Shown piece by piece: positions 8,301 through 17,427 of a stretch of 64,000 nucleotides of DNA. The number at the start of each line of letters is the position of its first letter. Position 1 is the stretch's first letter. Below the pieces are notes generated by a model that ran no database searches, was not told the origin of the DNA, and saw nothing but the letters and a program-made list of their open reading frames with translations. Position numbers and translations under genes: made by a program. The DNA is from Candidatus Multivoradales bacterium (GTDB lineage Bacteria > Acidobacteriota > Thermoanaerobaculia > Multivoradales > J023). The DNA lies in NCBI GenBank assembly GCA_965248925.1, contig CBDFLE010000006.1, positions 928,001-992,000 on the forward strand, written 5' to 3'.

Positions 8301-11148
8301 TAAAAAGGCCACCCAGGCCACCAAGGAGCCCTCCGCCACTGCCACCGCTGCCTAACACCGCCCCCAGCACTTGCCCCCAAACTCCCAGACCACCACCACC
8401 ACCACCCTGGCTACCTGCGACGCCACCAACGGCAGCGCCAAAGATTCCGGACCCTGCAAGCCACCGCGTCAGCGATACAGTGGCTAGCTCTGTCACAATC
8501 CGTTTGATTTGGTCGATGGCCACGTCGCCGATCGCTTCCCAGGCGCTCACCCCCTCTTCTCTCAACGCCCTCCAGGCGGCGCCGATGAGATCCTCAGACA
8601 GCTCAGCGATCTCTTCATAAGCTCGCTCTGCTTCTTCGACTTGAGCATCGAAAGCGTCCTCGGCCCGCTCTCTCGCCAATTTCTCGAAATCAGGAAGAAA
8701 CGCATCGAAATCGATTTCGGGCAAGTCGTCAGGAGAGATTGAGAAATCCAACTCTGGCAGCACGACCTCGCGCAGCTCTTGTAGATGCGCCAGATACTCT
8801 TGTAGTGCTTCCCGAGCTGCATTGGTCTCTACCGTGATACGGATCAGCTGTTGAGCTTTGACGCTCTGAGGATCGATCCCAAGCTCGGCGATCCTCCGAT
8901 AGACATCCTCCAGACCCTCAATGTCGCCCTTGTGCTCTCGATACAAATCGAGGGTTCGATTTAGAGTGTTCAATTCCTCTTGGGCGCTGATCAGCGCCCG
9001 CTGAAGCGCAAGCTGGCGAGCCACTTCATTTATGTCGGCCAGCGCTCCGCGAACTCTGCCGAGGGCCTCCGAGACCGCTACCGATTCGTCGACCCAGTTC
9101 CGCATGCGGTCGATGACCCGTCCGACTTGCTCGCCATACTCTGCGGCGCGAATTTTGGTCTCGCCAAGAGACCTCACTTCCTCATCGAGACGCTTACGGA
9201 TATCGACTGTGGACCTGGCAAACTCGCCGTTGTCGCGGACGGATCGAGCGTAGGCTCGCCGCAACGTCTCGACGCTCTGCTCGCTGGCGGCCTGGGCTGT
9301 TTGCAGCTCTTCGAGTCGGGTTCGGTAACTTGCCAGCAGATCGGAGAGTTCTTCGAGTGACCCGCTAGCGATCACCTTGTCCGCATCCTCTGAGATCGCC
9401 TTGAACATCTGACCGGCCTGGACGTCAGCAGCTATGGCCGCGTCGAGATTGGCCTTCCAATCGTTGATCCACTGGTTGAGTTTTGTGCCCACAACCAGCG
9501 CAGCAGCAATTGCAATTGAGAGAGGGCCGAACGAACCAGCGAAGGTCGCAACGGCCGCGGCAGCGATCGGAGCCTGAGTGATCACCGCGGCGAAAAACAG
9601 CCCTAACCCAGCGCCGGTCACCGCAGCTATGACGAGTTTGATCTCGTCCCAGTGATCGATAAACAGCGATAGCGCGTCCCCGGCTATGAGGATTGCCGCC
9701 CCGAGATCCTCGCCAAATGACTTGATGACCTCCTGGTTGCTGCCCAGTAGCTCGGTGAGCTTTGCTTTGACCTGGTCGAGAGCTGGCGCAAATCCGCTTC
9801 CGAGTGCTGCGCCCGCGATATCAAGCGCATTCGACAAACGCTGCGCGCGAGAGGCGCTGGTATCGAATGCAGCAGCGGCTTCGATGGTGAGAGCTGTCAC
9901 GGCGGCGGCTTCGTCGCGGGCCAAGCGCTGCTTTTCGGCAAGGCGCTCGAAGTTCACCGCCAAGGTTGGGAGTACCTTTAGCACCTCGGCACCGCCGAGC
10001 TTGAGTTCTTTGAGAACTAGACCGATCTGGTTGCTGGCATCGGGAATCTGGCCCAAACCCGAGAGGAAGAGGTTGACTGCCTCTACTGGGTTCTGGCGCC
10101 AGGCCGCGGCAAACTCGTCCGCCGAGGTGCCGGCGATCTCCGCGAAGCGGACCAGGTCGGCGCCACCTCGGGATACAGCAGAGCTGATGGTCTGGTAGGT
10201 CCGACCGATGACAGATCCGCCGAGCTGTGCCTGCACACCTTGCTCAGCCAGAGCCGCGGCGTAGGCTGAGACCTCGGTCGATCCAATCTGAAACTGGGCA
10301 GTTGACAGCGAGACCTCGGTTCCCATCTTGGCAATCTGGGATTCGCTGGCGGCCGAGTTGTTGCCGAGGCGGACAATCACCGAAGCCAGCCGCTCGATGT
10401 TTTCCGGCCCTTCTCCCTGCACGTTCATGATGCGGGTAAGGGCCGTTGCCCCCTCGTTCCCCGCTAGGTCGGAGGCCGCTTCAAGCTTGGCGATCGTCGC
10501 AATATATGACCGGATGTTCTCAACACCAGTAACACCCAGCTGGCCAGCCGCCTCGCCGATCTCGTGCAAGCCCGAGACAGCGACGGGAATATGACCGAGG
10601 GCCATGTCTTCAATCTCGCCCTGTAGGAGGGCGACCTCTTCGGCCGTCAACCCAGTGGTTTTCGCCACCCCCACCAGGCCAGTCTCGAAACGTTGGTGAG
10701 CCTGGTACGCCTCATCGAGCACCCGCTTTATCTGCCACCCCAAGTACCCAGCGCCCAACGCTTTGACCGCAGTCGATAGGCGCAGTACGCCTTTGCTGTT
10801 GGCGGCATACTGCTCTCTGGCTAGCTTGAGCAGTCGTACATGCTCTCGCTGACTGATAAACCCACGCCGGAGAGCCTGATCTAGGACCCGTTCAGCCCTA
10901 GAGAGGTTCTGCGCTTTCTTGATGGTGGGGTCGAGCTGACCGGCGAGGCGTTGGTAGGCTCGTTTCTGCCTCAGCGCAGTCTTGGTCAGCTTGTCGAAAG
11001 CACGGCCGCTCTCGGCTTGTGACAGGACGATCTTACGCCCGCTCTTCTTGGCAGCGTCGCCAAGACGCCTGAAGCTAGATTTACCCTTCCTGGCACCCTG
11101 GACGATGCCAGTTGTGTCGAGGGTGCCCTTGATCCTAAAGTCAGCCAC
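5359..11148 (-). CDS. Phage tail tape measure protein (TP901-like core)
   Basis: 1929 aa, helical and Ala-rich; FETGLVGVAKTT...AAGQLGV...LGNNSAASESQI; follows the tail chaperone genes. Confidence 0.92.
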   Translation of the reverse strand: MADFRIKGTLDTTGIVQGARKGKSSFRRLGDAAKKSGRKIVLSQAESGRAFDKLTKTALRQKRAYQRLAGQLDPTIKKAQNLSRAERVLDQALRRGFISQREHVRLLKLAREQYAANSKGVLRLSTAVKALGAGYLGWQIKRVLDEAYQAHQRFETGLVGVAKTTGLTAEEVALLQGEIEDMALGHIPVAVSGLHEIGEAAGQLGVTGVENIRSYIATIAKLEAASDLAGNEGATALTRIMNVQGEGPENIERLASVIVRLGNNSAASESQIAKMGTEVSLSTAQFQIGSTEVSAYAAALAEQGVQAQLGGSVIGRTYQTISSAVSRGGADLVRFAEIAGTSADEFAAAWRQNPVEAVNLFLSGLGQIPDASNQIGLVLKELKLGGAEVLKVLPTLAVNFERLAEKQRLARDEAAAVTALTIEAAAAFDTSASRAQRLSNALDIAGAALGSGFAPALDQVKAKLTELLGSNQEVIKSFGEDLGAAILIAGDALSLFIDHWDEIKLVIAAVTGAGLGLFFAAVITQAPIAAAAVATFAGSFGPLSIAIAAALVVGTKLNQWINDWKANLDAAIAADVQAGQMFKAISEDADKVIASGSLEELSDLLASYRTRLEELQTAQAASEQSVETLRRAYARSVRDNGEFARSTVDIRKRLDEEVRSLGETKIRAAEYGEQVGRVIDRMRNWVDESVAVSEALGRVRGALADINEVARQLALQRALISAQEELNTLNRTLDLYREHKGDIEGLEDVYRRIAELGIDPQSVKAQQLIRITVETNAAREALQEYLAHLQELREVVLPELDFSISPDDLPEIDFDAFLPDFEKLARERAEDAFDAQVEEAERAYEEIAELSEDLIGAAWRALREEGVSAWEAIGDVAIDQIKRIVTELATVSLTRWLAGSGIFGAAVGGVAGSQGGGGGGLGVWGQVLGAVLGSGGSGGGLLGGLGGLFTGSGAGAAATGAGAGAGAASGGNALGLFGKATVNPAVWAGLAAAATVIIVQELDARWRAKQAAKNYTSLGIGYIQEGDREAHFVGQPPNEHIAGFEGAREFTEGIIDEIEVIIGAFGGVVESYAGIGIRLRQDGKEYIAKVGDVEKSFESFNDALDFGIVESLSQSEFGSIGHNVQLLLDGLHGGITSVEELVTEAIPLARLLDGVGGENPYRQQYVTIEADAKNLFESIRKYGLSVEDGTLLVQQQLDDVAAGLNAQIDALFGVDTSRFELAQSLREQASQQLEAAKEVEERFASLGETFVELGEKIDDSPLRPPGDLGEDIDRIGEDIEGFTSRIDLAGTGLDSTAVAVDGLTRSISDAEEEADSLGLTVSGVDLERLEEGIRAFAATVEGDVLASLGQLVGSQEAIAWAEKIRFATELSRITILIEQLRLLESTDRNLLAFMERLRDQAQNLLDTDFSGGGGGGGVGRPGGGNIGGSGSGVQERESRRRDFRRELSLMRQRETGMITDLQEAAVARNQQIDDIIGEILRLSMGQDFADEFRAGLEQAYLTELRGEHDALLQSYRDEVDQVSQLQQAVRSSAVDFDLARQQLDLLGESYDEVNSLQAAYNEQLGVQYLDSLRSLGVETEGLAEIMVNLQYEQARLTAIELAAAGAFSQLGLTIEELLGQITQAHQDALDALQDPVEPPNIEIVVGDGSASGDGSASGGGSASGGGSASGGGGSASGPPEPPPPPVDFYPPPPQYGGGGSSDADRAAQALEELLERMRSGFEDLYNSLTFGDLSPLTDELQLDEAMARLAELRELAQGNTQEAAEARQELLRLLPQILQLGQANYGQGTESYFDLFELIRQIAAGLGGVDFSSLAGSIFGGAITTTLSPDTLRALHASPATYSNTAATFELERLAQHLTARRPQQSGQMTRMVRGQELAAEELRRLRVAAEEGNAIARGVRGGVEGLRTHASSQTRIMDRQAALRGAGA
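6119..6214 (-). repeat. Five 18-21 bp in-frame repeats encoding GSASG(G/D) in the tape measure gene
   Basis: Repeated CCACTAGCCGACCC units. Confidence 0.8.
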
Positions 11149-11584
11149 GGTTCATGCCTTCAAGTCGCTCTACGTCCAGCTCAACGAGCAAGTCGAGTTG
11201 CAAGGCAACTTCGGATTGCGAAAGCTCCATCGTCTCAAGCTCGGAACGCATCACCGTTCGCGGTAATGGGCGAAAGATCACAGTGCCGCCCATAGGCGGC
11301 ACTATCAACGGCCGTTCGCGATCCAGCGCCCACAGAGCCTGCCACGCAGGCAACCAGCGGGCAGGAAAGCTGGGCATCTCGCCAACTACCTGGAGGGTTC
11401 GATCGCGATACCACTGCTCTAGCTCTTCGCTTTTTCGGCTGCGTGTTTTACTGTCGTCGATCTTCTCGATCTGGATTTTGCGGTGCTCGTACTTTTCTTC
11501 GTCGCGCCGCCGCCACGCTTCGACTTTGCCCGCGTGCGGACCCTCGCGGGTTTGCCACCGGAGCGCGACGATGAGGCTTTTTTT
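11141..11584 (-). CDS. Tail assembly chaperone GT, -1 frameshift extension
   Basis: The -1 frame is open from the A7 run (11578-11584) through SLIVALRWQT...MPSFPARWLPAWQALWALDRERP to the stop at 11141. Confidence 0.75.
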   Translation of the reverse strand, partial: KKSLIVALRWQTREGPHAGKVEAWRRRDEEKYEHRKIQIEKIDDSKTRSRKSEELEQWYRDRTLQVVGEMPSFPARWLPAWQALWALDRERPLIVPPMGGTVIFRPLPRTVMRSELETMELSQSEVALQLDLLVELDVERLEGMNRG

Positions 11585-11994
11585 CCTTCCGCAGCCTCAC
11601 TGACGATCTGTTGCCTCATCTTGGCTATTTCAGTGAGCAGCTTTAGTCCAACATCCTCAAAGCTGAGGAGGTCGTAGCCAGTCGCGGCGTCGTAGTTCCC
11701 TTCGTCGTCAAGGTCTGGGATTTCGTTACCCTCTTCGTCGACAATCCCGCGCCACCCTACGAGGGATAGCTCGTTGAGAGCCAGTACCGAAAGCGTCAAG
11801 CCAGCCGTCGCGCTGAGTGGCGCAGTGACGGGTAGATTGTTATCAGATCTCCACTCAACGGCCAGCGCCTCGGTTCGCATAGTGAATACACGGGTATCGG
11901 GCAGGCGGAATTTTAGGTACTGCCCGTGACCCATGTCTAGTTCTCTGATCTCGCGCGCGGCACGCTGCGCCGCCAGCCTCTTGCCCAGCCTCAT
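11419..11994 (-). CDS. Tail assembly chaperone G
   Basis: Between tail tube and tape measure; LVGWRGIVDEEGNEIP motif; EGKK slippery site. Confidence 0.75.
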   Translation of the reverse strand: MRLGKRLAAQRAAREIRELDMGHGQYLKFRLPDTRVFTMRTEALAVEWRSDNNLPVTAPLSATAGLTLSVLALNELSLVGWRGIVDEEGNEIPDLDDEGNYDAATGYDLLSFEDVGLKLLTEIAKMRQQIVSEAAEGKKASSSRSGGKPARVRTRAKSKRGGGATKKSTSTAKSRSRRSTTVKHAAEKAKS

Positions 11995-11996
11995 CG

Positions 11997-13208
11997 CTAG
12001 TTCGCAAAGACGATGTCGGTTACGTGGACCAGGCCAGCACCAGAGACATGACGAGGATTGAAGGTCAAGTTGTCTACCATTGACTCGCCGTCCTTCTTGA
12101 GCCCGTCAGTGCTCTTTGCGTCCGAGATCTGGGCGGCTTCCATCCAGATGTAGCGCACGCCGGTTGGAGTGCGAATGCCAAACCCAAAGGGCTCTTCTGA
12201 GTTCGGATCCTCAGCCGCGTCTAGCAATGCTTCAATGTCGGCGCCTCCGTCTCGGAACGCTTTTAGATCAGCTTTACAAGTAAACTCGCCGTCTAAAATC
12301 ATGTCGACAGGGTCGACACCGTTGCCACCAGCGCCTGCACCGTAGGTAGCCAGCAGCGGGTTCTCCAATGAAACACCAAGCTCTTCGATTCTAAGATCGG
12401 TGAATTCATTGCCGTAGCGGAGACCGAGGTTACTTCCTGGAGTGTTGAGCGGGTCCGTGGCGTGAGCCAGGAAATCAAACGAGGTGTCTACCGGAGCTTC
12501 GGTCGAGCCATTAAGCAGCTGGGCAATCAGCCTCTTTTCCTTTCGACCACCTACGAAGCTCATGTCCTGCGTCATGATGCCATCACCGCCTTTCAGCGAC
12601 CAGGCACTGCAACCCAGGCCATTGTACTCGAATCCACGTCCTCGAGTGGCGTCCCACTGTTCGGCCGTGATGCTCAGTCGATCTTTGCCAAGCACCAGAT
12701 CTCTGGTTCGGTAAACCTTGACATTGTCTCCGGCCGCTTCGTCCACCACCAAATCGAATGCGGGGTCTAGATTCAGGTCGTCTCCATCAACACTCAGCAC
12801 ATGAGCTAGAAAGGCAGGCCCATTGACGCCAACGGCAAAGCCCTGGACCCAAACAAATCCGCCGCTGATGTTGCCCCATCCACCGGGTTTTACTAGCTTG
12901 TTGTCCACAGCAGAAGCTGAGATATCAATACCCTCGGCCGAAACGGATTCAGACCATGTGTTGCAGAATGCAGACTGCATTTCTATCAAATGCGTCTGCA
13001 AGAATGCGTCGGCTGTTGCCGACCCTGAAACCTCAATTTTCTCAGCTGGGTTACTCCGCCGCTGCCGGTCTCGGTTTGCATCGTTCGGAGTGCCTCGTTT
13101 CAGGCTACTCTGGATCGAGAAGTCCGTGTATTCGTAGAACTGCAACGCGCCCGCAGGACGCACACCGTAGGTTTCTTCAAGCGCTAAGCGCACCGACATA
13201 TTGGCCAT
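11997..13208 (-). CDS. Major tail tube protein
   Basis: N-terminal LALEETYGVRP typical of tube proteins; position before the chaperones. Confidence 0.75.
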   Translation of the reverse strand: MANMSVRLALEETYGVRPAGALQFYEYTDFSIQSSLKRGTPNDANRDRQRRSNPAEKIEVSGSATADAFLQTHLIEMQSAFCNTWSESVSAEGIDISASAVDNKLVKPGGWGNISGGFVWVQGFAVGVNGPAFLAHVLSVDGDDLNLDPAFDLVVDEAAGDNVKVYRTRDLVLGKDRLSITAEQWDATRGRGFEYNGLGCSAWSLKGGDGIMTQDMSFVGGRKEKRLIAQLLNGSTEAPVDTSFDFLAHATDPLNTPGSNLGLRYGNEFTDLRIEELGVSLENPLLATYGAGAGGNGVDPVDMILDGEFTCKADLKAFRDGGADIEALLDAAEDPNSEEPFGFGIRTPTGVRYIWMEAAQISDAKSTDGLKKDGESMVDNLTFNPRHVSGAGLVHVTDIVFAN

Positions 13209-13217
13209 CTCGATCTC

Positions 13218-13637
13218 CTAGGTAGGTCGTTGGTCGTAGCGGACAAACGTTGCGATGAAGTCTGTCCTGTGTTTGTTGATCTCCACCTCGTCGCCCATGT
13301 CGTGGGCGCGGAAGGAGCGGAACATTAGCGGTTCGAGCGTGTTAGCTAGCTCGAGTTCGAATGCCTGACGCAAGCGATCGAGCTTTGCGGTTCCCGTGCC
13401 GCGGGGCACCATGCACATCAGGGTCAGTGTGCCGAAGCTCTCAAACGTGTTGTTGCCAGCCCGGCTACCTCGCTGTTGCGTTGATCCGAAGCTAACCTCA
13501 GCTAGGGCATACCCATGGGGGCGGCTCTCATTTTCTGGGTCACCTGGGAGGTTCTGACGATCGAGCACGGGAATCTGAGCACCGAGACCAAGTGCTCGAT
13601 CGAGCGCCGATCGGCGCGCCTGCTCGTAAGTGATCAC
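13218..13637 (-). CDS. Tail terminator-like protein
   Basis: 139 aa, VPRGTGT motif, position in the neck/tail block. Confidence 0.6.
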   Translation of the reverse strand: MITYEQARRSALDRALGLGAQIPVLDRQNLPGDPENESRPHGYALAEVSFGSTQQRGSRAGNNTFESFGTLTLMCMVPRGTGTAKLDRLRQAFELELANTLEPLMFRSFRAHDMGDEVEINKHRTDFIATFVRYDQRPT

Positions 13638-14068
13638 CGGAATCTCTCCAGAGCTTCAGCGATGAACAGGTCGACCCAATTGTGAGGAATCTGAATGGAC
13701 CACTTGTGGTATGCCAGCCGGCGCCCCTGAGGGCTGTTGTTGACGATGCCAAGGTCCATTCCTGGTCTCCACCTGACCAAGATCTCGACCAAGCCCGCGC
13801 CGCCACCACCTACGCCGTAAGGAGGCTCTGGAACGCTGCCAACGAAGAATGCCCAGGACCCGGCGAAGCGACCAGGCTGGTAGCCCGCAGGGGGAGCATG
13901 GTTGCTACCCCAAGCTGCGGTGTTGCCAACAGGGGAGGCTGTCCGCGCTGCATCAATAAGCGCTTTCAGGATCTTGGCAATCTCCGTTCGGATGGCAATT
14001 CCTTGCTGGACCTCCATTGCTATCGCCAGCTTGCGGCCATCTTTGAGATCGTAAGCACCGTTGATCAT
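13634..14068 (-). CDS. HK97 gp10-like neck protein
   Basis: SPVG...GRFAGSW...IVNNSP motifs. Confidence 0.65.
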   Translation of the reverse strand: MINGAYDLKDGRKLAIAMEVQQGIAIRTEIAKILKALIDAARTASPVGNTAAWGSNHAPPAGYQPGRFAGSWAFFVGSVPEPPYGVGGGGAGLVEILVRWRPGMDLGIVNNSPQGRRLAYHKWSIQIPHNWVDLFIAEALERFR

Positions 14069-14445
14069 GCGGCCACCTCCGTCAGCTCTAGGGTGTAGCC
14101 GATGAGGGTGGTGTCGTCAGGCGCGTGGCGCTTCGGTCTAGCAGCGATCTCCCACAGCCGGCCAGCGGGCGAGCGCAGACGGTGGCCCTTTCGGGGGCTG
14201 ATATTCTCGAGCCCCTCGGGCGACACCTTGGCTCGGGTGCGGTCGGTCTCTACCCAGACCCCCTCGCGCAGCTCCCGCACCGCGGTGCCGAGGCGCACTC
14301 GTAGGCCAGACACCTCGCCGAGGCTGCGCCACTCGCTCTCACCCGGCCCAAGCTCGACCAGCTCGCGGCGGATCAGCACGAAGTCTCCGCCGAGCTGGCG
14401 ACCCAGGCTCGTCATGGCCGCCTGTAGCTGGCCTGGCAGGCTCAT
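14065..14445 (-). CDS. Head closure / head-tail joining protein
   Basis: Position and size (126 aa); translationally coupled on both sides. Confidence 0.5.
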   Translation of the reverse strand: MSLPGQLQAAMTSLGRQLGGDFVLIRRELVELGPGESEWRSLGEVSGLRVRLGTAVRELREGVWVETDRTRAKVSPEGLENISPRKGHRLRSPAGRLWEIAARPKRHAPDDTTLIGYTLELTEVAA

Positions 14446-15044
14446 CGGTATCTCCGAGCCAGTCGCTCGGCAGCGGCCGGTAGGACGCGCCCCTCATGCC
14501 CTGCGAAATAGCTAACAGACGCTTGCTCGTCTGCAACCCGTCGAACGGCAGCTTGTCGCGAGAGATCCCCTCGATACCAGCTCTCGGCCGTGAGGATGGC
14601 TGCGTCGCGGAGGTTTGCAGGAAGCTGTTGCCAATCTGGGGCGCCCTCGCCGTCGCCCCATCCATACCACCCACCAGCGTAGATCACCCGGTGGGTGTAG
14701 GGGTCGCCGCCAGCCGGTGTTCGGTGTTGGAGGTTGCGGGCGGCGGTGGGTACCGGCCACCCTTCCTGACAGTAGAGCGTCTGCCGGCGATCGCCGCGAA
14801 CCTGGTACAGGTCTGGCGAGATCTCCTCGCCGGCAACAGTCTCCACCCGCACCACGTCGGTCACCGGCCAATGGGATAGGAAGAGCTGGCCACCACCAGG
14901 AGGAGTGACCAGCTCTTCAACCTCTCGACGAAACACCGGACGGACGGTGCCGTCCGTCCCTTGCAGCACTTCGGCCGACGACCGCAGCACGGCATCTAAC
15001 GCAACGCGGTGCGCTTCGACATCGAGCCGCATCTGCGCCGCCAC
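14442..15044 (-). CDS. Head-tail connector (gp6-like)
   Basis: LFLSHWPVTDV, VIYAGGW, LPANLRDAAI motifs. The start may lie further upstream (CTG at 15107). Confidence 0.7.
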   Translation of the reverse strand: MAAQMRLDVEAHRVALDAVLRSSAEVLQGTDGTVRPVFRREVEELVTPPGGGQLFLSHWPVTDVVRVETVAGEEISPDLYQVRGDRRQTLYCQEGWPVPTAARNLQHRTPAGGDPYTHRVIYAGGWYGWGDGEGAPDWQQLPANLRDAAILTAESWYRGDLSRQAAVRRVADEQASVSYFAGHEGRVLPAAAERLARRYR

Positions 15045-15103
15045 GTCCTCCGCAGTGGCGAAAACCGGCTCGGTCAGAAGGTCGCCCGTAGGCGTAACGA
15101 GGC

Positions 15104-15376
15104 TCAGCCCGACGATCCCCTGCGGGGTTTGCGACGACGACGCGCGGCAGATTTCGAAGTGCCCGGGTTGTCAACTCCGGGCTGTTTGGGCTGCTCGCCA
15201 CTAGGTTCCACCGGCTCGGTCTCGCTGCCCTCGACTACACCTCCATCGAGAATATCGACCACTTGGAGCTTCGCCAACAGCTCCGCATCATCGGGGTATA
15301 GATATGCCTGGCCATCAACCTGAAATGTTCCAAGGTCGCCGCAATAGCGCTTGGTGAACTTGACAAGTAAATCCAT
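15104..15376 (-). CDS. Small phage head-region protein
   Basis: ATG at 15376 overlaps the upstream TAA; MDLLVKFTKRY..., basic C-terminus. Confidence 0.55.
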   Translation of the reverse strand: MDLLVKFTKRYCGDLGTFQVDGQAYLYPDDAELLAKLQVVDILDGGVVEGSETEPVEPSGEQPKQPGVDNPGTSKSAARRRRKPRRGSSG

Positions 15377-15801
15377 TACGACACCAAGTCCGGAGTGTAG
15401 AGGGTGTGAATCTCGGAAGCGGACCCCGGCTCTGGCGGCAAAGTTCGACCGCCATACCGAACAGCGTAGATGTCGCCAAGTGCCGTGTCCGCTCCGCCTC
15501 GGTCGACCACGAACCTCAACGGTCCGGATCGAGGCCGGGCACAATCCAGAACCAACAGCATGTCATCCGTAGAGGTTGCATGGCGGCTGCCAACTACCTC
15601 TTTCCATTGAGCCGACGATGGGTCCAGCTGCTCAATCCTGGCAGTGTTCGCAACATTGGCAACCGAGATCTGAACAAAGAAACTGACTCCGGCGTAGCCT
15701 GTGCAATCGACGGCGTTAGAAGTTACTTCTGTGCCGCCAGCCGCCTCGGCCCCATGGAGCAAGTCGATGCGAGCGGCGCCTGTGAGATGTACGGTATCCA
15801 T
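15376..15801 (-). CDS. Capsid decoration/cement-like protein
   Basis: 141 aa, beta-rich (TSNAVDCTGYAGVSFFVQI); directly after the major capsid gene; AGGAG RBS. Confidence 0.6.
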   Translation of the reverse strand: MDTVHLTGAARIDLLHGAEAAGGTEVTSNAVDCTGYAGVSFFVQISVANVANTARIEQLDPSSAQWKEVVGSRHATSTDDMLLVLDCARPRSGPLRFVVDRGGADTALGDIYAVRYGGRTLPPEPGSASEIHTLYTPDLVS

Positions 15802-15850
15802 GAATTCTTTCTCCTTTCAGTCGAGAGATGAATGGCCAGGCTGCAACCAC

Positions 15851-17215
15851 TCAGACATCTGCTAGCTTCACACGAGCGAAGGCATCGTCCTTCATCGGCA
15901 TTGCATCGCGCCACAGTCTGCCAACGAAACCTGTTTCGTTGGTGTCGGAGTACTTCTCATGAAGTACCTGGATCTGCAGGCCCTTCCACTCGGCGATCCA
16001 ATAGTAGAAGAAATCGCCGAAAACTAGAACATAGGAACCTGGAGCAAAGGCATTGGGAGCGAAGTCGCAAAGACGTACAGGACGCCCCATCAGCTTGTCC
16101 GGCTCACCCTCGACCACTGATTCTTTCCAGATAAAGTCCCCGTTTCCGTTCTTCTTGTTGGCGACGTGCTCAAGCACATCGGTATGGCCAACCCATGTGC
16201 CTTTCTGCCTATGCTTCTCGGGTACCCGATTCTTGGCGTGCCTGAGCGCCTCGAAGGTCAGCGCGTCGGGCGTGTTGTACAGCGAGAAATCTCGACTGAT
16301 TGAAATACCATTGGGAGACGGCACGAAGATCCCGAGCGGCTCGTCAGCGCCGTTGCCTGTCATGTATTCCTGCTCGCTAGACTCGGAGAACTCCAAGTTC
16401 AACTGCTCTCGCACGAGCTGATCTGCTGGGATGACACTCTCAGAAAGCATCACTGTTTCGATCTGCGTGCTGAGCTTGGTCATTGTCGGCTTCAGCTTTC
16501 GCACGCCGATTTCGAGGCTACCCTGTGCCCCCTTTCCCCGAGGACGCACTGGCCGCGGTGCGCCGATCCGCTTCTTGCGATAAGGGCTCCCGATCTCCTG
16601 GAGCGTCTGCATTGGCCACATACGAGAGAGCTGTCGCATGAAGATGCTGGCATCAGCCTCCGTCAGAAACTCAGCCAACATCCGTGGAGGAGGCATCAGG
16701 TAGTGTCCACCGGAATCGGTCTCTTGGTTGAGCGCCATGATTTCGCTTGGGCGGACATTCGCGACCAAGGACGAGCGAAACGCCCGGAGGTACTCATCCG
16801 AACCTAGCTGTTCGTTGTAGTTGGCGAGCGCAGCTACTACTCGCCGGCTCGTACGTCGGCGCGCCTGGCCGGTCAGACCAGAATCATCGAGCAACTCGGG
16901 GAGCCAATCGGGAGTCTGACGGCCGGACGACTGCGGGTGCTGATCGCTGTCCGGCTCGTTGCTGGGACTGGTTACACGACCCTGAAGCGCGGCAAGAATT
17001 TCGGAGCGTTCTTCGTCGCCCTCATGGGCTTGCTCAAGCGCGACAAGATCGTTGGCGGCCTGGATTGAGCGCGACAAGTTTTTGATGTCATCAAGCAGCC
17101 GGACGTGCTGCTCGTGCTCCTCTGTTGAGAGTGGTCGGTTTTCACTTTCTGCGCGAGTATGGATCGCGCGAGCTTGAGCTAGTAGTTGCGTGCGTTCTTG
17201 GTGTATTTCTGGCAA
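15851..17215 (-). CDS. HK97-family major capsid protein
   Basis: GGHYLMPP, MTGNGADEPLGI, KNGNGDFIW, LMGRPV, VFGDF. TTG start at 17215 with a GGAGG RBS 7 nt upstream. Confidence 0.92.
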   Translation of the reverse strand: MPEIHQERTQLLAQARAIHTRAESENRPLSTEEHEQHVRLLDDIKNLSRSIQAANDLVALEQAHEGDEERSEILAALQGRVTSPSNEPDSDQHPQSSGRQTPDWLPELLDDSGLTGQARRRTSRRVVAALANYNEQLGSDEYLRAFRSSLVANVRPSEIMALNQETDSGGHYLMPPPRMLAEFLTEADASIFMRQLSRMWPMQTLQEIGSPYRKKRIGAPRPVRPRGKGAQGSLEIGVRKLKPTMTKLSTQIETVMLSESVIPADQLVREQLNLEFSESSEQEYMTGNGADEPLGIFVPSPNGISISRDFSLYNTPDALTFEALRHAKNRVPEKHRQKGTWVGHTDVLEHVANKKNGNGDFIWKESVVEGEPDKLMGRPVRLCDFAPNAFAPGSYVLVFGDFFYYWIAEWKGLQIQVLHEKYSDTNETGFVGRLWRDAMPMKDDAFARVKLADV

Positions 17216-17252
17216 CGTAGTGCCTCCGGTTTGGTGGGCCGGTAGGCACAAC

Positions 17253-17306
17253 AAAAAAACGCAACTGGCTACCGACCTCGGTTTCGAGGTGGTAACAAGC
17301 TGCGTC
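17253..17306 (-). terminator. Long stem-loop followed by U7 in the capsid leader (terminator/attenuator-like)
   Basis: GACGCAGCU-U-GUUACC-ACCUCG-AAAC-CGAGGU-C-GGUAGC-C-AGUUGCGUU-UUUUU on the minus strand. Confidence 0.65.
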
Positions 17307-17427
17307 TCATCGGAGGTGGGGCCTGCTACGATCAACGCGCCGGTTTCGCCATTGGGCGTTGAGCGCGATGTTCCCAATTCAGTTTTCTATGCAGTTGGGC
17401 ATTGCCCAGCCGCCGATTCACACCATA

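Noticed and set aside
15851-17377. Capsid N-terminal extension from 17377
   Set aside because: The extension overlaps the structured leader; the RBS supports TTG at 17215.
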